Shown: positions 17,902 to 28,855 of the stretch, in pieces
Layout: every line of letters starts with the position of its first letter
How positions within the stretch are numbered: position 1 is the stretch's first letter
Source: Macrostomum lignano
Lineage: Eukaryota
Direction: 5' to 3'
Length of the DNA: 39,889 nt
Assembly: GCA_002269645.1 (NCBI GenBank)
Contig: NIVC01003493.1
Span: 1-39,889 of the forward strand
Notes under the pieces: generated by a model
Database searches by the model: none
Told to the model about the DNA's origin: nothing
Seen by the model: only the letters and a program-made list of their open reading frames with translations
Translations under genes and position numbers: made by a program

Positions 17902-19864
17902 ATGAGTTTCTACATTGACACTGAGCCTAGCGAGCCTGCTGATGAGGCTGCTGCTGCTGCTGCTGCGTCTTCATTTTATATTGACACTTCAAAGCAGAAT
18001 CTGCAACAGAAGCAGGATCTGCAACAGCTGCCTCCGATTGGCAGGGCGGCGGAGGCGGCGGCGGCGCAGGAATCGCGTCGTTCGACTGGTGGCAAACGGA
18101 AGCGGCCAAGAGCGTCCGAGATCTGGGATCCTGCTGCCGCTACCGCGGAGGGCGAGGCCAAACTGTTTTATAGGTTCGTGTGCAGTTCCGGTAGTGTTTG
18201 CCGATGTTTGTGGGATGTGTTTATGGCATTTGTGTTTATGGCATTGGTGTTTTGTGTTTATTGTGTATTGTGTTTATGGCATTGGTGTTTTGTGTTTATT
18301 GTGTATTGTGTTTATGGCATTGGTGTTTTGTGTTTATTGTGTATTGTGTTTATGGCATTAGTGTTTAGTGTTTATTGTGTTTATGGCATTAGTGTTTTTG
18401 TGTTAATGGCATTAGTGTTTTGTGTTTATGGCATTGGTATTTATTGTTTATTGTATTTATGGCATCGGTGTTTATTGTGTTTATGGCGTTGGTGTTTAGT
18501 GTTTATTGTGTTCTGCAATGACATTCGTTTTTAGTGTTTATCGTGTTTATGGCATTGGTGGCATTGGTGTTTATTGTGCTTAGGGATCGGTGTTCGTAGT
18601 TGTGTCATTTAATGCAGTGTTGTGTTTATTTAATTGGTGCTTAGTGTCGTTTTTACATTCGTGTGTTTATTGGACCTGTTTGTCCTACAGTGTTGTTAAA
18701 TACTGCTTTAATGCTAGTGCACTGTAGTGTTGCTTGTAACATATTGTGTGCTGTTAAGATAAAACTTCTCTTTGTTTCGTTTTCAGGTCAGTTTCTTCAG
18801 GAGAATTGGGCGCCGGCGCCAGCGCAGACGGCGCCGTTGACGATCCGTCAGCTGACGCGCCGCCAAAGATGCGCCGTTCTCGATTTTCGCGCGCGGCGCT
18901 TAATTCCAGATTCTTTGACAGCATCGCTGCCAGCGCCGAGGACGGAACCGGCGGAGTCGGTCAAGGAGAGCTGGGCGGCTTCCGGCCTGGAGTGCTCAGC
19001 GAGCGGCTGCGGTCGGCGCTGGGCCTGGAGCCGGACGAGCTGCCCAATCACGTGTACCGAATGCGCGAGCTCGGCTACCCGCCCGGCTGGCTGCTGGAGG
19101 CGCGCTTCCAATCCAGCGGCGTCACCATCATAGACGACAACGCCAACAATCGGGACGAGGCCAGGCCTGAAGCCGGCGAAGTGAAGTATGACGTCAGCAA
19201 GCTGGTGAAGTTTCCCGGATTCAATTGTCCGCTGCCGCATGGCGTGCGCGATGAGCATCGCAGGCTGGGCTATCCGTCAATGCGTCTGGACGATCACCTG
19301 TCAACCTTTGTGCACTGGCTGGCGGGCAGGAACCAGATACACGCTGTAGATGCCTATCACACCAGGCGGGTGCGCGAGGCGGCGGCTGCTGAGAGGGATA
19401 AGTCTGGACGGAACTCCGCCGCAGCCGGGGAGGAGGATACCGACGAACAGTATGACAATAATGATGCAGAAGAGGAGGAGGAAGCGGATTTAGACGATCT
19501 AGAGGCCCAGAGAATGGAATTGTTGCGCCAATTAGAAGAGAACGGCGATTTAGAAGAGCTTGACAGTTGCTCCGATCGGGGCGAAGATTGCAACAGTCGC
19601 GATGCCGAAGATAAAGAAAAAGCAGAAGACAACGCCGACTTGTCGTCCAGTCTGGTCTCGCCAGTAGCCGTTGTCAGCACCCAGTTTGGCTCGCCAGTCT
19701 TTGCCAGCTATAAAGGTGCCGCTAAGCTGCCGGATCAGTCCAGCTTCAATAGGGATATCGAACAGTTTAGGCCCTTTGAGAATCTGCCTAACGCTGTCGG
19801 CGGCTACACCAAAGTGAACGCTGTTGTGAAGAAGATTCGCGAAAGTCTGCCAAAGATTGCGTAG
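17902..19864 (+). CDS. ZCCHC8: ZCCHC8-like NEXT complex scaffold (PSP domain), join(17902..18173,18787..19864), ~449 aa
   Basis: PSP domain FRPGVLSERLRSALG...LPNHVYRMRELGYPPGWL, VKFPGFNCPLP and C-terminal PFENLPNAVGGY. A phase-2 GT-AG intron joins the two exons in frame. No CCHC knuckle found. Confidence 0.82.
18200..18600. repeat. Intronic TG-rich degenerate tandem repeat (TGTGTTTATGGCATTGGTGTTT)
   Basis: Read directly. Confidence 0.85.
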
Positions 19865-20087
19865 CGAGGATTTTCTTTTTCTCTTGAAATTCGGGATTCT
19901 TTCTGCTGTAATGAATTAACAGACTAATTGATTGAAGACAGCTGATTCGGGGATCTTGCTTTAGTTTGCTGGTTGTCCATTACTATTGCTGTAATATACG
20001 CTTAGCCTTAATGTCGATCTCGGGAAAGTAATGTATTTTAGTAGGTCATATTGACGCTAGATGGGGTCGCAGTGTCTCATGAGGTTT

Positions 20088-20325
20088 CAACCTTGAAATG
20101 AAGCTACAGGAGTCTCGGTGTCACACAAGGTCATGACCTTGAAATGAAGCTACAGGGGTCTCGGTGTCACACAAGGTCATGACCTTGAAATGAAGCTACA
20201 GGGGTCTCAGTGTCACACAAGGTTATGACCTTGAAATGAAGCTACAGGGGTCTCCGTGTCACACAAGGACATGACCTTGAAATGAAACTACGGTGGCCTC
20301 GGTGTGACACAAGGTCACGGCCTTG
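20088..20325. repeat. 46-bp tandem repeat whose junctions form the palindrome CAAGGTCATGACCTTG
   Basis: Unit GACCTTGAAATGAAGCTACAGGGGTCTCGGTGTCACACAAGGTCAT, about 5 copies. Confidence 0.9.
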
Positions 20326-20929
20326 AGGAGGTCTTTGTGTTTCGTGAGGTCATGACTTATGGAAAATACTCTTATAGCCAGGGTTTAAAAGGTCGATGAA
20401 GACTGATATAGGTAGGGGAAATTGTACCTAGAACGCATTGCACTCTTAAGCTAAAGTACTCGAAAAATATTTCTTTGTGTTCATCGTGTTTTAGCAATGA
20501 TTTTCTGTGTGTACATGTTTTTTTAACAATTGAACTGATTGATTGATAAACAAAGTGTAAATATTCAATTACCAGGCTTTACTTGTTACTGTCAGTAACA
20601 CATAGCGGGCGGTTCGACCGCGTATTGAAAGATTAAATTCCCTTTTTAAACTTTGTACTATTTTAATTAAATACTTATGAACTGATTTAGGCTAGCCTTA
20701 TTCAGTTAACAAATAGTCTTGTTATCAATTTAGTTTTTTAGGACTCACTACGCTTGTAAACGCTATTAGTTTTTGTCTAAAATGTTTTTATGATTTATCT
20801 TAGGAAACATGCTTTAGTTAAGTCAGCAGTTTCCTAATTTTATGCTGCCTTTGACTCTACACATTGTACTTCGTTTATGACCTGCGTCAGATTGACCCTG
20901 CCTTCCCTAACTGGACTGTAAGTCCACAC

Positions 20930-21310
20930 AAATCTTGTCTGTGTCCATTCCATCTGGCCTGTGTCCACTCCATTTGGTCTGTGTCCATCCCTTCTGTTCT
21001 GTGTCCATTCCATTTGGTCTGTGTCCACTCTATCTGGTCTGTGTCCATCCTTTCTGGTCTGTGTCCACCCCTTCTGTTCTGTGTCCATTCCATCTGGCCT
21101 GTGTCCACTCCATTTGGTCTGTGTCTACTCTCTCTGGTCTGTGTCCATCCTTTCTGGTCTGTGTCCACCCCTCACCCCTACTGTTCTGTGTCCACCCCAT
21201 CTGGCCTGTGTCCACTCCATTTGGTCTGTGTCCACTCTATCTGGTCTGTGTCCATCCTTTCTGGTCTGTGTCCACCCCTACTGGTGTGTGTCCACCCCTC
21301 ACCCCATCTG
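20930..21310. repeat. ~20-bp tandem repeat (GGTCTGTGTCCACTCCATTT) upstream of PBRM1
   Basis: Read directly. Confidence 0.9.
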
Positions 21311-21531
21311 GTCTGGGCCCAGCCTTATCTTGTCTATATAATAAATTATTTGGTGTCAATTTAATTTGTGTCCATCGTGTATCCAGTCCACCCTGTCTGT
21401 ACCCGCATACTAGTAGTAGTAGTAGTAATTGTTAAAAAAACCACCCACATTCCTGCGATAATTAACCAAGTCAGCCTGTCAGAGAGCAATAAATCATAAC
21501 AAAATCAGCAGTCGGAACTGAACTGTCAATC

Positions 21532-24500
21532 ATGCCCAAGAGAAGCCGTCGCGATTCGCTAACTAGCGAGGAGAGCTGCTTCAGCAACAATGATCAGTCT
21601 TCTCTGCACAGCTCAATTGTCGATCAGTCATCATCGTCGGCTATTGTGGCGCCCGGCGCTGGATTGGCGCTGCGCAAACGGCGCCGCCAAGGTGCCAGTT
21701 TGGGCGCCGCCGCAGCAGCAGCAGCCAAATCTGTGGCAGACCAGTGCCAGCAGGCGTTGGATTCGTTGCGTCAAGCGAAAACTGCCAATGGCGTTCTCAT
21801 TTGCGAACCGTTTATCCGGCTGCCGAGTCGGCGGAGTCAGCCTGAGCTGTTCGAGTCAGTGGCTAATCCCATCGATTTAACCAGGATTCAGGTGAGACTA
21901 ACTAGGGTTCCTTAGGGCTGCGTGTACTTGGGAATTGTCGCATTGAAAGCGTTGAACACGGGTTGCTATGGCATCTGGGGATTTTGTACTTCGTTGCTAT
22001 GAGATTGACAGTTATGATATGAAAGTCGTTGCTATACGAGCTAGTAGCTGGAAGATTTTAGTTTCGTTGCTATGGCAGCTGGAAGTTTTTTAATTCGTTG
22101 CTTTGGTATCTAGGGATTTCAAATTCATTGCTATGGGAACTAGGGATTTTAAATTCGTTGCTATGGGAACTGGGGGATTCTCAATTCGTTGGTATGGGAA
22201 CTGGGGGATTTTAGATTCGTTGCTATGGGAACTGGGGGGATTCCAGATTCGTTGCTATGGTATCTAGGGGTTTTGGATTCGTTGATATGGTGTCTAGGGT
22301 TTTTATATTCGTTGCTATGACATTTAGGGTATTTTAGAATTGTTGCTATGAGAACTGGGGGATTTTAGATTCGTTGCTATGGGAACTGGGGGATTCTCAA
22401 TTCGTTGGTATGGGAACTGGGGGATTTTAAATTCGTTGCTATGGGAACTGGGGGGATTCCAGATTCGTTGCTATGGTATCTAGGGGTTTTGGATTCGTTG
22501 ATATGGTGTCTAGGGTTTTTATATTCGTTGCTATGACATTTAGGGTATTTTAGAATTGTTGCTATGAGAACTGGGGGATTTTAGATTCGTTGCTATGGGA
22601 ACTGGGGGATTCTCAATTCGTTGCTATGGGAACTGGGGATTCTTAATTCGTTGCTATGGGAACTGGGGAATTTTAGATTCGTTGCTATGGGAACTGGGGG
22701 ATTCTTAATTCGTTGCTATGGGAACTGGGGAATTTTAGATTCGTTGCTGTGGGAACTGGGGGATTTTAGATTCGTTGCTGTGGGAACTGGGGAATTTTAG
22801 ATTCATTGCTATGGGATTTCGAGGATTCCAAGCACTTTCCTGTCTTTCTTTTCAAGGCCAAGGTGAAGTCGGACGAGTACGCCAATTTCGAAGCTTTCGC
22901 AGCTGATTTAGACCTGCTGGTCAGCAATGCCCGCTCGGTGTACAAGCCCGGCTCCCAGGAGCTCCAATCCGCCAACGACGTTGCTGAACTGGTGGTCCGC
23001 CTTCGTGCCGATGCCGCCGCCGCCTCCGGAGCTGCAGCTTCAACGACGTCGTCAATTTCGCCGACTGCCACCAGCAGCGGCGGCGGCATGCAGAGGCCTC
23101 GAAGAGCCGCCGCCAGCCGACGCATGGACGGTGGCGGCTCCTCTGTTGCCGGCTCAGATTGCGCCGAGGACAACTCCGAGTTCGACAGGCAGTCGCTGGC
23201 CCATTCTGAGGACGCCACTAACGAAGGCGCAGCTGCCGATTCGTCAGTTTCACCTCAGATTCTGCAGCAGCTGCTGCTGGCTGCTGTCACAAGACTGTCG
23301 GACGACTCTGGCCGGTCTGTCACTGAGCACTTTGAGGTGCTGCCCTCGCCTAAAGACTATCCGCAGTATTATGAGGCAAGATTGGGACTCTGGGGGAAGG
23401 GTGAGACACGTTGGAATGAGGCAGATGTGAGGCACATCGGAGTGAGTCACATGGTGGTGAGTCACATGGTGGTGAGTCACATGGTGGTGAGTCACATGGT
23501 GGTGAGTCACATGGTGGTGAGTCACATGGTGGTGAGTCACATGGTGGTGAGTCACATGAGAGTGAGTCACATGGTGGTGAGTCACATGGTGGTGAGTCAC
23601 ATGAGAGTGAGTCACATGGTGGTGAGTCACATGGTGGTGAGTCACATGAGAGTGAGTCACATGGTGGTGAGTCACATGGTGGTGAGTCACATAGTGGTGA
23701 GTCACATGGTGGTGAGTCACATGGTGGTGAGTCACATGGTGGTGAGTCACATGGTGGTGAGTCACATGGTGGTGAGTCACATGAGAGTGAGTCACATGGT
23801 GGTGAGTCACATGAGATGAGAGTGAGACAATGAGAGTAAGACACATGAGATGAGAGTGAGACACATGAGAGTAGGACACATGATAGTAAGACACATGAGA
23901 GTGAATCACATGGGAGTGAGACACATGAGAGTGAGACACATAGGAGTGAGACACATGGGAGTGAGACACATAAGAGTGAGACGCATGGGAGTGAGTCACA
24001 TGAGAGTGAGAAACATGAGATGAGAGTGAGGCACATGAGAGTGAGACACGAGATGAGAGTGAGACACATGAGAGTGAGACACATGGTGGTGAGTCACAGG
24101 AGAGTAAGACACCAGACATCAAGCCAGCTGTCAGCGCCAATAGAACCCAGCCGCTCAGTTCCAGAACCCACCAACTCCGCACCGCCGCAGGTGATCCGCG
24201 ATCCCGTCGATCTCCGCATGATCGCCAACCGGGTGTTACGCGGCGGCCACTACAAATCCCTAGAGGATCTGGAGCGCGACCTCGCTCTGATGGTGCGCAA
24301 CGCTCGAACATTTAACGAGCCGAAATCGGAGGTGTACCTGGACGCTCTCGCTATTAATCGACAGTTGAAAGCTTGTCGAGTCGAAGTGCTCAATAGTCGA
24401 GGCGTTCGTTCGGCTGCTCTGCTAGCGGAGGCCAGAGCTGCCACTGAGCGACTGTCTAAGCTGCCAGATCCTGAGGTGGCCGAGCTGTTGGACGAGGAAG

Positions 24501-27500
24501 CCGGCGGAGACGCTGGAGCAGCTAGCGGGGAGGCAGAATCAGGTGAACTAAGCGTATTTTTAACACTTGTGCATTGCGTCTTCTCTTATGCACTAATTTT
24601 CCTCACTTCATTTTCATCATTTATCCCTATTTTCACCATTTATCCCATTTTCACCATTTATCCCATTTTCATCATTTATCCCCATCTTCACCATTTATCC
24701 CATTTTCATCATTTATCCCATTTTCATCATTTATCCCATTTTCATCATTTATCCCCATCTTCATCATTTATCCCCATCTTCATTTATCCCTATTTTCATC
24801 ATTTATCCCATTCTCATCATTTATCCCATTTTCATCATTTATCCCCATCTTCATTTATCCCTATTTTCATCATTTATCCCCATCTTCACCATTTATCCCA
24901 TTTTCATCATTTATCCCCATCTTCATTTATCCCTATTTTCATCATTTATCCCCATCTTCACCATTTATCCCATTTTCATCATTTATCCCTATTTTCATCA
25001 TTTATCCCATTCTCATTATTTATCCCCATTTTCATCATTTATCCCCATTCTCATAATTTATCCCTATTGTCATCATTTATCCCATTCTCATAATTTATCC
25101 CTATTGTCATCATTTATCCCATTCTCATCATTTATCCCTATTTTCATCATTTATCCTATTCTCATCATTTATCCCCATCTCATCATTTATCCCCATTTTC
25201 ATCATTTATCCCCATTCTCATCATTTATCCCCATTCTCATCATTTATCCCCATTCTCATCATTTATCCCCATTCTCATCATTTATCCCCATTTTCATCAT
25301 TTATCCCCATTCTCATCATTTATCCCCATTCTCATCATTTATCCCCATTCTCATCATTTATCCCCATTCTCATCATTTATCCTATTCTCATAATTTATCC
25401 CCATCTCATCATTTATCTCTATTTTCATCATTTATCCCCATTTTCATCATTTATCCCCATCTCATCATTTATCTCTATTTTCATAATTTGTACCCATTCT
25501 CATCATGTATCCCCTATTCCCTCATTTTCATCAGTTATCTCATCTTTATTATTTCCGAATTCAGTTTAAATTTAGCAGTCAACTCTGTTCATCAGCCACT
25601 ATCAACTTTATTAAAAAATTGCCTTCTTACATAAACAGTTTTCTATGCATATCGGGAAAAGTAATTACTTGTTGTACTTTATTTTATTCCATTCGCGCGC
25701 ATTTCATACTACTTTTAGCTATCATTCAACGACGACCGCCGGAGAGGCAATCCGCTACAGTGTGCAAGAATAGCATCTTTATTAGGCTATTGAGCCCCAA
25801 TCAAGGCACTGCTCTTTTTTGTACTTTGCTTCAAATTTTTGTTTGAGTTAAAAACGTTTAAAGTATTAAGTATTTTTTGTTTTACTGTAATTCAACGCGC
25901 TTTTGGGTTGGGGTTCGTACTCGTAAATTGTAGTTTTTAGTTTACTCTCATGAAGTTTATTTTTATTGTTTAATGCAAAAACATGCTGATTAAGCTACTA
26001 TGAGTAAGTCAGTAAAACATTTAATTTTCTAAAAATGTAAGTGCAAAATCAAAAAATGTTTACAATTCTAAAGAATTAAATCTGTTCAGTTTTTTATCAT
26101 TTCAATGCAGCCTTCGTTTTTATCTAAATTGGAATCGAACTCCGCACCGCACAGAAGAGGACGAGACCTACTCGCCAGACGATCCCAGGTCGACTCAGAT
26201 TCGTCTGTTCACCTTTGTTGTCAGCTACCGCAATAGTCAGGGCCAGAATTTGGCCGAACCCTTTCTTAGACTGCCGCAGAAGCGGTGAGTTTGGTGGTTT
26301 CTTTAATGTAATCAGGCGTATCTCTAGTGTGATTAGGTGTATGTCTAATGTAATTAGGTGTATGTTTAATGTAATTAGCCGTATGTCTAATGTGCTTAGG
26401 CGTGTGTCTAATGTAATTAGGCGTATCTTTAATGTAATTAGTCGTATATCTAATGTAATTAGGCGTATGTCTAATGTAATTAGACGTATATATTAGACGT
26501 ATAGGCGTATATCTAATGTAATTAGGCGTGTGTCTAATGTAATCAGGCGTGTGTCTAATGTAATCAGGCGTGTGTCTAATGTAATCAGGCGTAGATCTAA
26601 TGTAATTAGGCGTATCTTTAATGTAATTAGGCGTATGTTTAATGTAATTAGGCGTATGTCTAATGTAATTAGGTTTTTGTATAATCTCAATAGGCATTAC
26701 AATGGTCTAGTACATTAGTGAACACTGCAAAGTTTGAAGTCTTAAACTACGAGTATATATTTAGAAAGAATTATAGAGTAACACCTAAACCTGCTTTAGC
26801 CTCTACCCGGACTACTACGAAGACATCAAGAACCCGCTGTCGCTGCTGCAAGTTCGCTCCCGAATTCGCCGTCGCTTCTATCCGAACTTGGACGCCATGT
26901 TTGAGGCTCTCAACTTGGTATTCAACAATGCCAGGCAGTACAACATTGAGGAGAGCAAGATACACAAGGATGCCGCTAGGCTGCAAAAATTAGCGAGAGC
27001 CAAACGGGACGAGCTGTGCGGATTGGCCAGCAGCTCCTCGGGTGCGGAGGCCGCCGCTGGGGGTGGTTCGGGTAGCGACGATTTGAAACCGCTGCTGCCG
27101 CAGAAACTGGTTAATCCGCTTTTTCCGCAGCAGAGCCTGTTTAATGTGAGCTTCTTGACCTGTTGTTGGTGGGTTCAGTCTTTGTCCTTTAAATAACTAA
27201 AATTCGCCGTAAATAATCGCCCTGAACTGTCCCTGAGAATCGCCCTGTAGTAACCCTGAGAATCGCCCTGAACTATCCCTGAGAATCGCCCTGAACTATC
27301 CCTGAGAATTGCCCTGAACTATTCCTGAAAATCACCCTGAACTGTCTCTGAGAATTGCCCTGAACTGTTCCTGAGAATCGCCCTGAACTGTTCCTGAGAA
27401 TCGCCCTGAACTATCCCTGAGAATCGCCCTGAACTATCCCTGAGAATCACCATGAACTGTTCCTGGGAATCGCCCTGAACTGTCCCTGAGAATCACCCGG

Positions 27501-28676
27501 AACTGTTCCTGAGAATCGCCCTGAACTGTCCCTGAAAATCACCATGAACTGTCCCTGAGAATCACCCTGAACCTTCCCTGAGAATCACCATGAACTGTCC
27601 CTGAGAATCGCCCTGAACTGTTCCTGAGAATCGCCCTGAACTATCCCTGAGAATCACCATGAACTGTCCCTAGGAATCGCCCTGAACTGTCCCTGAGAAT
27701 CACCCTGAACTGTTCCTGAGAATCGCCCTGAACTATCCCTGAGAATCACCATGAACTGTCCCTAGGAATCGCCCTGGACTGTTCCTGAGAATCACCCTGA
27801 ACTGTTCCTGAGAATCGCCCTGAACTGTTCCTGAGAATCGCCCTGAACTGTTCCTGAGAATCACCCTGAACTGTCCCTGAGAATCGCTATGACTTGACGC
27901 AAAAATTAGTGTTTACTGTAAGTAATATCAGATGTCAACTATATTTTGGATCCGCATACTTTTATAACATTATTAATTATAATTTATATTTACGCATTTT
28001 TTCTTGAAATGTCAGGCCAACACCAACTCAGAAACTTCTCCTTTGTCCTGCTCTGTTGCCGTTGCTTCTTTGCAAAAGCAGGAACAGCAGCAACCCAGCC
28101 TTCTCATGATGGCTTTGAGCCCTCGAGGCCTTTCTGCCTGTCCAAATTCCATCTTGTCGTCGAATAGCGATTCGCCGTTAAAGTTAAAAGTACTTGTTGA
28201 ATATATAGAATGCCGCCATTATTTTCAATTAGTTACACAATGCATGCTATTGTGTGTATTATTGGTGTGAACTATCTGGTGGCTATGCTGTGAGTCAGAC
28301 TCTTGCTTAACTATTCATGTCTTGCAATGCGGTGGGGCTTGACAGGTCGATATAAGTTTTTTATCTATCCATTAACTGAAGCACGTGTTCCGGTTTGCCA
28401 GAAGCGTCCCTGGGACTCTGTTTGGCTCAGTACCAGCTGCATATGCCTTGTAGAGCTTTTGTCTGTGTTTTTGTTTAATACTAATAATGGCATGATGACG
28501 TCACTGTGGGTGGCATTTTGGCACTGGCATCCTCTTTTTGGTTGCAATTTTTCTGTACCTGTCTGTCTGTGTGTCTGTCTGTGTGTCTGTGTGTCTGTCT
28601 GTCTGTCTGTTTATACCTGTCTGTCTGTCTGTCTGTCCGTCTGTGTCTGTTTATCTGTGTCTGTCTGGTCTGTCTG

Positions 28677-28740
<64 letters not shown>

Positions 28741-28816
28741 TCTGTTTATCTGTGTCTGTCTGTCTGTGTCTGTCTGTCTGTCTGTCTGTCTGTCTTAGTG
28801 TCTGTCTGTCTGTGTG

Positions 28817-28855
<39 letters not shown>

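Noticed and set aside
21409-21426. (AGT)n run as another Polinton terminus
   Set aside because: Adjacent sequence does not match the element terminus; simple microsatellite.
23400-23406. GTGAGA at 23401 as the true intron 2 donor
   Set aside because: It is phase 1 and would put exon 24191 out of frame.
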